Shown piece by piece: positions 33,238-46,822 of a stretch of DNA of 64,000 bases. The position numbers and the translations under genes were made by a program. Origin of the DNA: Nemertoderma westbladi (lineage: Eukaryota > Animalia > Xenacoelomorpha); contig JAUCBJ010006799.1 of assembly GCA_032718475.1 (NCBI GenBank), positions 1-64,000 of the forward strand, given 5' to 3'. The notes beneath the pieces were generated by a model. The model saw only the letters and a list, made by a program, of their open reading frames with translations. It had not been told where the DNA came from and did not search any database. The stretch's first letter is position 1. Every line of letters starts with the position of its first letter.

Positions 33238-34795
33238 AATACGTGGCGTGTGTAGCGAGGAGGTCATTGGACAAGCAACTCCACCCCACCCGACCCCCCC
33301 CCCCCCCCCCCCCCCACCATACTCCTGAAAATGACAAAAAATTAAATTGAAGGTTAAATTATTTACAAAGTTTAAAATTCGTGATGTAAATATTTTCGAT
33401 TCACTCCCATTAATCTGTAGGTTGTGAGTAATTAGGCCTACCACAAATTAATTTGGGTTTATTTGATTAATTCCTGGGACATCCCTGGGAAGCAAATAGA
33501 CCTGTAAAACTACCAATAAGTCGAAACATTACGGAATTATAAACTTCATTATGAAAACAATGGAAGCTTTGGATGTGTTTAGATTTTGAGATGTTTATAA
33601 CCATTTATTATTATTCACTGCAGGAAGTCAATGTTCATCCACAATATGGTTGTCACGGTTGGGTTTCTGCGATAAACTAATTAGTGTTAACACAACCAGA
33701 CGTAATGGCACTCAATAAAGTAGTTGGTGAACTATAATTGGGTGTCTTCGAGTGTGCAATTCAGCGTAAAGGTATGCGTGGAATCCCTTGCAAAGGCCAA
33801 AGCCCGGAAGTTGTATGCTAAGAAGTTGGCAATATAATTATGACGTAGTAATATAATATAATATAACTTTATTATTATTATTGCACCTTTTTATGGGATC
33901 ATATTTTATGAATAGCACTAATCCGGGCCCCGTTCATCCTCTTTTGGTTTTCCGTACATATAATCGTTGCTTAAAGATGGACCAAGGAGCCTATTCTGGC
34001 ACTTAGAAGGATAATCGAAGAGTTAACAATATCATCATTACATTACTTTTCATGATTATGATTTGTAACGCCCCTATGTTTGAGTTACATCGGTTTTTTG
34101 GTGATCGCAATTCGATGGAATGCATATAAAATGTGGTGGAAATGGCAAACTTTTTTTTCGGCGAGTGCCAAATTTTGGTGCTAGCACAAAAATTTTAATA
34201 TATAGAATAGAAAATATGGATAGTATCATATTGTTTCTTGCGTTATCTTTGTTTATGAGGGTCCTGAATCCCATGGAATAAATAAAAACAGCACTGAACA
34301 TAATATACTTTGTACTTTTGGGAAGTGGGTTTGAAATTTGGTGCTAGCACTAAAATTGCCATCTTACGCAGAAAAATAAGAGTTGCAATGATCTAGAGCA
34401 TTGGAAATGTATTCCATTCGAATCAGCGCTCCAGAAAACCTAACAGAAGTGAATTTATAGCACAGTACCATTTGAGTTGATTTAAAGTTTTGTGTTTAAA
34501 CTGAAAAGTGCTGATTAGTTTTTTTTTCATTTTTTGCCTACTTGAGGACTAAAACTACCATTTATAGTAATCAGATCATTTTTAAATACTTTCCAATGGA
34601 TTCAGCGCCCCAGAAAACCTGTATTGAAATATGGATTGCTGAAAATTGTTACTTTCAAATATTTTGAAAATCTGATTCATATGAATCAGTAATCGGATTC
34701 AGACTACTGAGATCTACGTACAAACAAAAAATCAGACGTTTTCGTAAAAATTTGTAAATTTTAGAAGCGGTGCAATATGACCCCACCCCCCAGGA

Positions 34796-35030
34796 CCCCC
34801 CTGGTACAAAAATAAGACCCCCCCCCTGGTACAAAAGTAAGACCCCCCCTGGTACAAAAGTAAGACCCCATCTGGTACAAAAAAGTAAGACCCCATCTGG
34901 TACAAAAAAGTAAGACCCCCCCTGGTACAAAAGTAAGACCCCCCTGGTACAAAAGTAAGACCCCCATGGTACAAAAGTAACACCCCCCCCCCCCCGGTAC
35001 AAAAGTAAGACCCCCCCCCCCCCCTGGTAC
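34796..35030. repeat. Tandem repeat (C)n-TGGTACAAAAGTAAGA, ~9 copies
   Basis: Directly visible; the C-run length varies between copies. Confidence 0.9.
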
Positions 35031-36096
35031 TATGGCATCATATCTGGCTCAAAATTCAATATTTTAAGTGGGGTTGCAATATTTAAAAAAATTACAAAAT
35101 ATTGACACAGTTCAGTTTAAATATTGACACAGTACAATATAATATTGACACAGTACAATATAATATTGACACAGTACAATATAATATTGACACAGTACAA
35201 TATAATATTGACACAGTACAATATAATATTGACAAAGTAGAATATTGACACAGTACAGTTTAAATATTGACACAGTTCAGTTTAAATATTGACACAGTAC
35301 AGTTTAAATATTGACACAGTACAGTTTAAATATTGACACAGTTCAGTTTAAATATTGACACAGTACAGTTTAAATATTGACACAGTACAGTTTATATTGA
35401 CACAGTTCAGTTTAAATATTGACACAGTACAGTTTAAATATTGACACAGTACAGTTTAAATATTGACACAGTTCAGTTCAAATATTGACACAGTACAGTT
35501 TAAATATTGACACAGTACATTATGAAATGACAATTCAAATTTCCCTCTCCACACATACATACTATGTGATTGGAGTTAATCCAATGTGTACCTCACCAGT
35601 ACACAGATGTCAGTGCCCTACACCATTCCTTATCCTTACTGCCTTAATATAGCAGTAGGCCTATAGTACTGTAGTAAGGCATTACTGTGGAGTACAGTGA
35701 TTTAGTTACAGCAATACTGCTGTACAAGTACAATTCCACTTTATATCCAATCAAATGGAATGTGTGTGGGTAGAGGGAATTTGAATTGACATTTCATATT
35801 GTACTGCGTCAATATTATACTGTACTGTGTCAATATTTAAACTGTACTGTGTTAATATTATACTGTACTGTGTCAATATTTAAACTGTACTGCGTCAATA
35901 TTATACTGTACTGTGTCAATATAATACTGTACTGTATCAATATTATATTGTACTGTGTCAATATTATATTCTACTGTGTCAATATTATAATGTGCTGTGT
36001 CAATATTTAAACTGAACTGTGTCAATATTTTGCAGTATTTTTAAATATTGCAACCCCACTTCAAATATTGAATTTTGAGCCAGATATGATGCCATA
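35031..36096. mobile_element. Foldback (Galileo/P-like) non-autonomous element
   Basis: Long TIR tatggcatcatatctggctcaaaattcaatattt. Inverted arrays of a ~23-bp unit (aatattgacacagtacagtttaa) in both arms. 7-bp direct repeat CTGGTAC on both flanks. Confidence 0.7.
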
Positions 36097-36102
36097 CTGG
36101 TA

Positions 36103-39100
36103 CTATGTGTGATGGTTCCACCACATTTTTGTCTACTGCTGATGGTGACACAGATGGGAGTCTTTAAGGGTGACACATTGGCACAATTCTTATTCGTAAT
36201 TGTGGTTAATTATGTTCTATGTCCTTAAACCATCTAAATAAAGATCCAATAAGAAATAAAGAAGATATATATTATATATATATTGTTTTAATTCCTGTAC
36301 ATAGATAAAATGTAAATGGGAATAGTAAAACCAAATGCATCATTAAAACATGCTAAATAAGTAAGTAATAAGTATAAAGTCTTTGACAAATTAAGTAAAA
36401 TTACATTAAGTATAGATGATATAAGAAATTAAATAATAAACATTGGACATTAACTCAGTCGAAAAATAACGGCATCTCATTACTAATAAGGTATCGTATG
36501 GCCATAGGTGCAAATGAGTTCTGAAATAATTTCGTACGAACGTTTGGCATTGTGTATTTGCTGCAAGTTGAGGTGGAAGTTGACTTGGAGGCCATGATAA
36601 AATCATGTAAGGGGTGTCGGGGTGTGGCCACAATCTTGTTAACCATGTTGACAAATTGACTGGAGAATGCGTCAGTAATATATTTTCAGTACACATGTTT
36701 ATCTATCTTAGAGTGCCTTGCGTACAGTGATATTGGTTTACGCAGCTTCTTTCTTAGACTGGAAGGTGTAAGAGGGACCCAAGCCACAGAACAGTGCAAA
36801 TAGTGTGGTGCAATGTACGTTCGGAATATAAATATTTTAGTCTTTTTACTCGCAAACCGAATGAAAAAGCTGAACTGGCGGACTATGTAGTTAACTTTTT
36901 AAATTAAGTTAGAGACATGGATTTTCCATGACATATTATCTGATATCCACACTCCCAGATGTTTCACCACAGCTGGTCGTGGTACGACATTGCCCCCAAT
37001 TGTAATCCTTTCCTCTGCAATATCTAAGATTTTAGAGTCTTTGAAGTTTATTGGAATGAAGCACAGTTCCTCAGACTTATTTGTGTTCAGCTTCAAGTTT
37101 TTCTTTAATGACAAATCTACAGTTTTCTTGATACTTAGCTCATATTTATCATTATCTGTTGAGCAACTAATAGAGTACAAGCAACGAGAATCGTTGGAAT
37201 ACTTGGCAAGGGAACCATCTTCTTCTCTAATTTCATCTGTATCTTTTGTAAACTATGGACCGCTCAGAGGACCACCTTGAGGAAATCCAACTTTTAGAGT
37301 TATTGTAGGAGATATAATTCTACCAGATTTAACGCATTGAGAGAAGTTACTCATAGTAACCAAGTCACCAACCAGCGCATATCTGTAGGCAGTTTGTCTA
37401 ACAGTTTGTTCAAGAATCTGTTCTGCAGTACAGTATTAAAAGCAGAGGAGTAATCTATGAATAGGCATTTTACGATTGTGTGCCTTTTGTCTAGTGCTCC
37501 CGGAATTTGGTGTAATAAATAAAGCACTGCATCCGCTTTTGTACGCAAATTGGAAGATGTCATCGCTATCTACTGTTGCAGTACGGAAAATTCCTAGTAC
37601 AATCCTGTCGAGGATCCTTGAGCTTAGTGGAGTAACACATACAGGCCTGAAACTCGTTTTACCTGAGATAGATGAGTTGTGTCTTTTGGGTAAAGCAGAT
37701 GTTAGCGCACAGTTCCAACTTTGAGGATATTTTTGGAGTTGAAAGCTGCCATTAAACAGGGTGGCATATGGTATTGAAAGTTCCTTAGCGAATGTTTTAT
37801 AGCAAGTCGATGATATAATGCTACTTCCTTGGGCAGTATTTGATTTCAATTTACGGATTTGATATTCAACTTCAAGAGGCTCAATGACTTTCAGGTTATT
37901 CTCATAGCTAACTCCTTTGTACGTTGGTTCATCTTTGTCCACGTCTTCATTAAACCTAGTAAAGAACTCATTTAAACTCGCAACTTTTTTCGCATCAAAT
38001 GTATGAATTTTATGTTTGTTCTTGAGGCAGTTGCTTGATAGCTTATATAGTTGATCTTTTGACATACTGCTAAAATCTGATTGACGTTTGTTAAATATTA
38101 ATTTATTAATCTTTCTCTGGCACTCATTTCGCGTGGCATTATCTCTATTCACAATAGCAAGCCCTTTTTCTTCCATTAGTTCCCTAGTATCCTTGATCGG
38201 CTGCCGCATATTAAACTTCCTGGTTTTAAACTTTGTCAAGGGTAAGTGTCGATCAATTACATACTTTATGTAGCTTTCAGTTGCTTCTACATTTTCATCT
38301 AGACTCTGGGTTTCATCATAGAAAATATTCCAGTCTGTCTCTTGAAACACTTGTTGCACTTCAGCAACTTTGTCCGAACTAAATACCTGAACTCTTTTGT
38401 AACATGATTTTGGTTTATAGATATTCCTACAGTCAATTTTAGGCTTAAGTAGAATAGTCTTATGGCCATGGTCTGAGTTACCAATAGGAACAATTATTAA
38501 ACATTTGTAAGGGCATGCTGCAGTGACGTAAGCGACATCCAACTGAGATTCTGACCGAGTGAAAGTGGGTTCATCAATCATATTCACTAGATTAAGGGAG
38601 TCTAAGTAGTTCAATTTCGGCTGGTTGACATCTCCAATCACAATTAAAATGATAACCATATAAAGATGGCTATAAAAAATGGTAACACCCCCTACTGGCA
38701 CAAGAAATAGAGGAATTTCAGCAAAAAGTACCTTACTGATCTGGATTTTGCTGATGACTTAGGGGTTCTGTCAGAATCACTAGAGGGAGTCCAAAGGATT
38801 ATTTGTTCATTGGAACAGGTTGCTTCTAATGTTGGTCATTTTGTAAACTTTAAGATAGTAAACCTTGACAGCCCCCGAGAAATGCCTGATCGTAAGGGCA
38901 TAAGCTCTAGGGAGCACGTGGATGATTTGTTCTACTTGGGATCATGGATCCGGAGGTCAAGTGAAGATCTTCGGATACGTAAGTGGAAGGCATGGGCAGC
39001 ATTTAATAGTCAGTCCAGGAATTGGAAGTCCCTTAGAATAAAACGGAATCTCAAGGTTCGATTATTCAGTGGAACCAGTACTCCTCTATGGGAGTCCATG

Positions 39101-39535
39101 CTGGGCTCTAACTGCAGAGGACACCAAATCTCTGCATGGCACTTTCACAAGAATGCTGCGCCGGGTTAACTGTGCCAATGAACACATCTCTAATCGACTC
39201 TATACAATATTGGAGGTGTTTCCTTTGTGATACTTGAACAGAACCGCCTCCGCTTTGCAGGATATTGCTTTCGCCGCGAGGACCAGCCAGTGCATAGTCT
39301 TGTGCTTTGGCAGCCTCATGGACTGAATAAGCATGGTGGACAGCCTATGACTTCCTTGAGACGGATATTAAAGGACACCGACACCAGCCTTGAAGATGCG
39401 GATGATCTAGCAAATGTCATGGCTGATAGGGAGTTGTGGAGTTTGTGCAATTTTGTCGTCAGGCCGGCAAGGTATTCTTAATATATGTAATATATATAAT
39501 GCAGCTGCAATGCAGCATGCCGATAGTAGTAGTAA
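36103..39535 (+). mobile_element. Decayed RTE LINE (same family as 25615-26631), split by a nested LINE; pieces ~36103-36234 and ~38665-39535
   Basis: The first piece matches the GDTLAPFLFIIVVDYVL region. The second resumes at TPPTG..KYLTDLDFADDLG and runs to the stop, with the same 3' UTR (gcagctgcaatgcagcatgccga) and TAG-repeat tail. Several frameshifts. Confidence 0.85.
36240..38660 (-). mobile_element. 5'-truncated Rex1/Babar-like (CR1 group) LINE: APE endonuclease C-terminus plus RT, frameshifted
   Basis: GDVN...PTFTR..QLDV..GNSDH (APE). FRPVCVT, QFAYK, CLFIDYSSAFNTV, GFPQGG, KHLGVWISDNMSW, RTKLFQNSF. AT-rich 3' tail. Confidence 0.85.
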
Positions 39536-39813
39536 GGATTAGACTATAATGCCACAAGATATACCTCGCTACGATCTGGAAAACAAATCACGGTTATGAT
39601 ATGATACTACAAGAATATATGATATTATTTCCATTAATAATATAGCGATGCTGTTAGCGAAATTAAACTGCACATAAGTTTAGGCCTATAGTAAAGCGTA
39701 AAGCAAACAGTTTGCTTTTTATAAGGGCTAATGTTATTTAGTGTTATATAACTTTAAATTTCAATAATAATGAATATATTTATAACGATACTCATTTGAA
39801 TTGTACATCATAG

Positions 39814-40102
39814 ATAGTGTTTAAACGGGTTCAGACTTTTCGTTTTTCGGGATAGGGATTTGTATTACATTTCCTTAAAGTTAGAAGTATTGTGGCGTGT
39901 TTTGGGTACCGGTATACGATAAAGTTATTATTTTGCAATTGATTACTGGGTGTTTTACTGACATTTAAATTCTGCTGCAACTATTTATCAGATATCCAAT
40001 AAATTTACTTCATTATTTATACTTCGGGATCCTGCTCCAAAAAATTCGGGATCGGCACCAGGATGCCGGTTTTTCGGGATCGGGATCCCGTTTAAACACT
40101 AT
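39814..40102. mobile_element. Small MITE
   Basis: TIR atagtgtttaaacggg / cccgtttaaacactat. Its ttcgggat motifs are shared with ~41787-41885 and ~43030-43090. Confidence 0.55.
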
Positions 40103-40331
40103 TTTAATGCGTTATATAAGATAATACTGTAGAACCATTAATTTACATCGACGGTATTAAGGTAATGTATAGTAATTAATAAATATTAATTGTGTAATTC
40201 TAAATTAATAATACAACTGAAAAACTTATGAAACAGCCACATATTAGTATATAGATCAAATCGGGGAGTGCATGGGGGAAATAAATAGAAATGAACAAAA
40301 GGGATAAATAACCTTTTGGATAGCCTTAAAA

Positions 40332-41319
40332 CACGTTAGCTGCGGCTCCGAAACCACTGGTTCTTTGTTAATGCGGATTGTGCGCCGGTGAACAACCATC
40401 TGCTGTTCCATGACTGCGGCAGGATTCGAGGCTTGGCGTTTAGTTTGTGCGGATTGTGCACCGGTGAACAACCATGTGCTGTTCCTAAACTGCGGATTGT
40501 GCACCGGTGCTCAACAACGTACTTTTTGTTAATTACATTTTGCGGGAATGCCTTTGGGCACAGGTGCTCAAATTCACTATCATTGTATTTATAAAACAAT
40601 GGAGAACCACCATAGAAAAAACCGCATACCTCCTTCCAGGCCAGAGATAGTGGTTTGAATTTCATCGAAATTGTATATATTATTTCACGGGGTAACACCA
40701 TAGTAGATATGTCTGCAGCTAAACGACGCCCCCCCCCCCCCCCCCCCCTCACCATCAATTACTTGGGTTTTAAAAACATTTATAAAGTATAATAATATAA
40801 AATATCATTGTTATTGTTACTACAGCACATTTGCTCATGCAATATAAATTAACACATGAAGAGCATGTTATGAAAGCATGAAATACATGTTATTGCTTAA
40901 CTAACGATGAACTAAATCAAATAGGCCTAATAGCAGAATAGCTAATGCTACAGTGGAGCATTTTAAAAATCCCGCCATATTTATATAAGTGGAAATATTG
41001 AGCACCGGCGCTCAATCAGCACTGGCACTTGTGTAGTTTCGGATTGTGCACCGGTGCACAAACCTAAAAAAATATATATGAGTCATACAAAGGTCACAGA
41101 TACCGAATATGACAACAGCTGATGTATTTGAGAACCGGTGCTCAACTTATAGCCTCCGCACTAAAGGCTGGCCACGCCAAAATAGCTCCGCACTATAAGG
41201 TTGCACAGGTCATGTTCACCGGTGCTCAATCCGCAGTAAGAAGTTGAGAGGGAGTAAAACCTGCCGCAGTAAAGTCAAAACACGAATTGTGCACCGGTGC
41301 TCAATCCGCAGCTAACGTG
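40332..41319. mobile_element. Non-autonomous piggyBac-like element
   Basis: TIR CACGTTAGCTGCGG / CCGCAGCTAACGTG. TTAA at the right flank, imperfect at the left. Many internal gcggattgtgcaccggtgctcaa repeats. Confidence 0.7.
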
Positions 41320-43551
41320 TTAAAAAATATCAAAAAAGTATAATATCCCGATTCAATTGTTTTTATAAATCTCATGTATCTTTACTTTTGAGAATGTACT
41401 CTATTTAATAAATACAAATATTCGTAGTAAAAGTGGCTTCCATTACCGAATATTCTAGCGTGTAAACCACTATATTATAGGACTACTGTCTTCGCCCCGT
41501 TAGAAAATGTAATGATAATGGAATCCGATAAAGTGACACAGAAAGAGTAAATAAATGCGAAACGTGGTAAATAATATTTGTTCATTAAATATTATTATTG
41601 AGTTGTTTATATGCTACAATCAAAGAACAAGTAAACACAGACCATATAGAACATTATATAGAACGATTTACAATACTTCCCAGCTTAGATGTCACCTGGA
41701 AATATACAAAAATCTAATATTGCTTCATGTAGTAATAGAAAATAAAATATTGCATTTTGATGTAACAATCGAACATACTGTCCATACTAGTGTTGCAATG
41801 GGATCTGGATCCACAATTTTCGGGATTGCAACTGTCGGGATCCCGATTTTCGGGATCGGGATTTTAAATTTTATTGCGCCCCTACTCATCCAAAACTTTA
41901 AACAGCCATCTGCCCTGCCCTCTTTATAGGAGTAAAAAAAAACTTTCGAGAAATCTCATTTACTATAAAATGCCTGGATATGGAAAAATGTCCACTGTCT
42001 TTTTTTTAAATGCTTCAGACGTAGTTTATTTTCCACATACGTATTTCCTTTCAAATACGTTCTTAATATAATTTCTGCAAAATTTTTTATATACTGCAGT
42101 CTACCTTAATAGCTGCTACATAAAAAATTTATCATATTCAATAAAAACTATTATTTATAATATAGACATTCATGTATATATATATATTTAATGAATGAAT
42201 TTCAGATATAAATTCAGATTCCGAAATCATTCCTTCATCAATCATTAGGGATGTGAGTTTTCCGGAAATATGTTATTTTAAGGAAATTTCCGAAAAGTAT
42301 ACGTCATCCGTAGTTACGACCAGAAGAGCCAAGACAACGAACAACCTCAACACAGGAAATCACTTGCTTCCAGTGTTTACTATATACTTGTGTTTTCTTA
42401 CCCATATTTACTAGAATCAACGCCCCCTTTACTATCAAATGAGCAACTTAAACGCCCCCCTCGAATAAACGCCACCCCAATTGGCAATTTATAAACTTAA
42501 ACGCCCAGGCTCTTATTCGAGTAAATACGGTGTGTTTTCAGATTCAGAATGTGTATAAACTGAAAAAATAGCAGGAGGTAAAATTGTGAAAGATTTAAAA
42601 TTGAAAATGTATTAATTTCCGAAAATTCGTTCAATATAAAACATCTAGTTAATATGGTAATGAAATTGACAAAACGCAACACTTTTTTAAGTTCAAATCG
42701 TAGTATTACTATATTAATAATTAAATATATATGATATATATGATATGAATATAATATAAATATTATATTAATAAATATGTACTATTAAAAGTAAACTTTA
42801 TATAATACATTTATAAAATAGGAAATTTCCGGAAAAATGTCTAGGAAATTTCCTTACATTTCCTGATTCACATTCCTATCTATCATCTTATCAATTTTCC
42901 AATGAAAATCCTCCAAAATTTTTGTTTTAGACAAAAATGTTTGTTTATGTTATTGGTAAAAATTTTACATTTTTATACAATTTTACAAATTTTAAGCTCC
43001 ACGGCATATAAATTCAGATATAGCAAATCTCGATATTTTCCATCGGGATTTTCCATGGGATTCCGATTTTCGGGATCGGAATCCCATACTGGACTGTGTC
43101 CATATGTACGTTGTACAATGGTGAATTTATATATCGCCTTGGCGAATTAACAATAATGTTAATTATAAAATTATTAAGGGAAAGGAGCAGGTTACAGCGG
43201 GTTCCAATAATAATAAGTGCAACACACCTACCTAATTTTTGTCTCCACGTTTAAGGGGTTGGGATGGGGGGGGGGGGGGGGGGGGGTCTCTAATTGCTAG
43301 AGATTTTCACCCCCCTATTTGGGTTGGAAAAATATTAAGAATAACTTTTTACATATATAATTAACACAATTTATGCAATAATTTGTTAAAGTTCAAAGGT
43401 TTTTCTTAGATGGAAACCCAAAATTTCATAATTTGTGTGCAAAGGGTTTATGAAACAACTGTATGACAAGAATTTTGATTAATGTTTTAAAATAATTAAA
43501 AAAAACAATTTTTTTCCACATTTTACCTAAATTTGACAGAAGTGACTACTG

Positions 43552-43992
43552 ACCGGTGTACATGGCTGAGATAACTTCCTTTTGAACTCCCCAATCATCT
43601 CAGCCTAGGTTGAGAACACTCCCCTTTTATCTCAGCCTAAGCTGAGAACACTCCCCAGCCTCGGCTGGAACACGGCTGGGCTCAGCCTAGGCTGAGAATA
43701 TTCCCCAGTTATCTCAGCCTAGGCTGAGAACACTCCCTTAGGCTGAGATGACTCCCCTATTTGAGTTATAATTCATATCCGTACCTGTGTTATTTTCGAA
43801 TATTGCAAAAATAAAACTGTAACCTATGTAATTGAGATATCGTTTATTGTTTTGGTTAGAAAAGCCCGCTACTGTAACCTGGTCCTTTCCATTAATAAGA
43901 TATCTAGGGAGAAATCTGGGGAGTGTTCTCAGCCTAGACTGAGAAGACTGGGGAGTCATATTTGGTGGGGAGATATCTCAGCCTGTTACACA
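43552..43992. mobile_element. MITE-like element with palindromic ctcagcctaggctgag repeats
   Basis: Imperfect TIR tgtacatggctgagata / tatctcagcctgttaca. Shares the tttattgttttggttagaaaa/ctgtaacct motif with 32321-33237. Confidence 0.5.
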
Positions 43993-45607
43993 TGACCCTC
44001 TAAATGCCGTACCGTATTGAAGCTTTATATATTTGATTTATATTTTACTTGTGTATTATTGACCGGACCCTTATTACCTCAACTTTGTGACCGGACCCTC
44101 TAAATACCGTATTTAAGCTTTATATTTTATTGATATTTTACTTGTGTATTATTGACCGGACCCTCATTACCACAATTAAGTAATATGCATAATCTTGTAA
44201 CATGTGTTAACTTTCGTTTATTGTTTTGGTTCCCCCAACACGCATCTGTAGCCGGCTCCTTTACTAACCTGCTCCTTTAAATGGCATTGGGTCCGGTCAA
44301 TTGAGCAATGGGTCCGATCAGTAGCCTTTGCCAACGTTGACACGTTGTGACATAAATTTAAGATAAAACAAATAAAGTTTTACCCCAACCAGCTAACATT
44401 TTCTTTGGAAACGGTATTTCTATTTGATCAGCTTCTCGTCGATAGTCTTCCTGGTCGATGCCAGTTTTCTCTTTTGACAGCGTCATGTCTGCCTGCAATC
44501 TATCCGTGATAATATAACCGACAGCCGGACATACAGTTCACACAGACACAAAGTAAGGTTCACATTATCGACATTGCTCTAGAAGAAATACGAAAAAAAA
44601 ATTTTGAACGCTAATTATTAGAACTCAAAAAACTCATTTCTATACACGTGTTTAATGTTCCCATAAACACATTAAGATTTGATGACATACACAACTTACA
44701 GCACCAATAATACCGAAATCACTGACAAAGATATATTGACCTAAACTGAACTAGCCATATTAAATAAATAAATACAACAATTCAATGCCCCATAAAAACT
44801 TTGTTATCAAGCCATGATTGAGTTTTAGTTATAGAGAAATAGGGGTGAAAAAATAAAGAGACCGTTGTCAATAAATACTCCCTAACCCTCTAATACTATC
44901 TCGAATATGAAGTTAGATTCAGTTTCACATCACCTAACTAAACACTGAAACTAATAAACATGGATTTCAATAAATTGCATACGATGAAATTATTGAACTG
45001 AACAACGATATTATGAAACAGTTGATTGTTTAACGTGTAACATTTGGGGTAAAAACGATCCCACTGTTGTTAAGTACGAAGAACTAGGTTTATATAATTC
45101 ATAAAAAACCTGAGCCAAAATAAGCGAAAACCGTGCAAAAATTATAGTCAAGGGGGGATAGATTGGTTAGAAACCATAACAACTCGCACCATTAGCTCGC
45201 ACCAACTGCTGAACACCGTGAATAACATAACGCTAATAACCAAATCCAAAAGTAATATATAAAGATTATAAACACGAAAAATAATATTCCTTTGTTACAA
45301 AATGGATGATGATGAATTTTATTAACTTTAGTAAACGAAAATAATTCGCTATATATTGAATATAATATAAAGGCTGGTATATAATTGCTTAAAAAAACGT
45401 TCCCAAGGCATTTGTATATGATTGCTTAAAGTTGCATTATATAAATGGATATATTATTATAAAGCTAATCGAATATATTTCGCGTTCGGCGGGTAGCTAC
45501 AAAGCAGGGTGGGGCCTAATTTTGACTAACGTACAGCTTGCAGCACTTTATATCTAATAATCTTTAGAACTGTATATATTATTCACATTGTTAATAAAAC
45601 TGTTGTG

Positions 45608-46822
45608 TTACTTACATATATCGTGATTCATTAAATGGTTCATTTCCCTGTGTATCATGTACAAGTCCCTAGGGTAAACGTTATGCACTGTATAGACATT
45701 CTTATAAACACAATACTTATAGCCGATATATGTGTTGTGGAATCCGGGGACATTAACAACTTCTGCGCCGATCTGCTTCACGCAGAGGCCAATGTAAACG
45801 TCTTCCAGCTTAATCGGTTTAATATCTAAGGAGGTTTTATAAATCTGAGGAATTAAGTTATAGGAAAGCAAGTAACTCGGCCCAAAGCAAAAAGGTGGGA
45901 ATTTAGTGTCGGGATATTCGGCTTCGCTGATATAATACTTACTGCTTAGCATCCGATGGGGCAGCCCAGTGGCCACACACTTACCGGCGTACAAGGTCGG
46001 TTTCTGCCAGTTCTCCAACAGATACAGGATGTTAACGATGTTAACAAACATGTCGTCGTCGACCTTGAGAACGTAACGAGTCCGGGGGCAGTATGAAGAC
46101 GCCCATTTGAAACTCATAATCGTTTTAAGCGATAAGTTCCTATAAACATCGATGAAATCCTCTTGGATGAGGTCGTTGTAGAAGTCGTTCTCGGCTTCTA
46201 CGAAGGTCTGGAGTTCCTCGTCCTCGATGGCCCCGAGGAGGAACACAGTTTGTACGAGATGGCCTCGAACTGACCCGTTACCACCCCAAGTAGAGCGAAT
46301 TGCTTTGCGTCGTTCGAAGTTTGCGTGAACAGTCGGGACCATTATAAGTAAATATATATCCTTGTAGGTATTATCCGCGTCGCGGCAAATATCCTCGTTT
46401 TGTAGGATATAATTAAAGTTATGGGTCCCGGCGCGATGGTCGTTGAGCGATTCCGGATTGCTGTCCGGTGAGTCGCCGTTGTTCGGCGGAAGGTTGATAT
46501 CGAGTTGGGCATCCGGCTGCCTTTTACTGACGCCGGACATCCCGAACAACGGGTTGAGTAGGAGGAAGGAACGTTCCGATCGGGCGCGGTTCCCTTCCAT
46601 AGAGAGTATGGAACGAGTCTGCGGGGAGTCGGATTTGTTCCAGTAGATGATAGTTACGGTGAGTTGGAACGTTACGAACACAAAGACTATAAGTGCGATT
46701 AGACAACGGCGGCGAACGACGCAGCATGAGTTAGCGCGAGTCGATTGCGTGAAGTTTAAAGATATATGAGAAGGTTCTATTTTATAGGAGTATAAATTCG
46801 AATGATTGCTATATATTGCCAT
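45608..46822 (-). CDS. Beta-1,3-galactosyltransferase (GT31, B3GALT1-like), type II membrane protein, single coding exon
   Basis: N-terminal TM segment (CLIALIVFVFVTFQLTVTIIYW). GT31 motifs RRKAIRSTWG, FIDVYRNLSLKT, LKVDDDMFVN (DxD), FPPFCFGPSY, EDVYIGLC. Intact 404-aa ORF. Confidence 0.95.
   Translation of the reverse strand: MAIYSNHSNLYSYKIEPSHISLNFTQSTRANSCCVVRRRCLIALIVFVFVTFQLTVTIIYWNKSDSPQTRSILSMEGNRARSERSFLLLNPLFGMSGVSKRQPDAQLDINLPPNNGDSPDSNPESLNDHRAGTHNFNYILQNEDICRDADNTYKDIYLLIMVPTVHANFERRKAIRSTWGGNGSVRGHLVQTVFLLGAIEDEELQTFVEAENDFYNDLIQEDFIDVYRNLSLKTIMSFKWASSYCPRTRYVLKVDDDMFVNIVNILYLLENWQKPTLYAGKCVATGLPHRMLSSKYYISEAEYPDTKFPPFCFGPSYLLSYNLIPQIYKTSLDIKPIKLEDVYIGLCVKQIGAEVVNVPGFHNTYIGYKYCVYKNVYTVHNVYPRDLYMIHREMNHLMNHDICK

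Noticed and set aside
34655-36010. Repetitive ORFs (GGSYFCTR, YCVNII repeats)
   Set aside because: Artefacts of translating tandem repeats.
38660-38701. N-terminus of the 421-aa ORF 37436-38701
   Set aside because: The first residues run into the antisense RTE sequence across the insertion junction, so this is not a real start.
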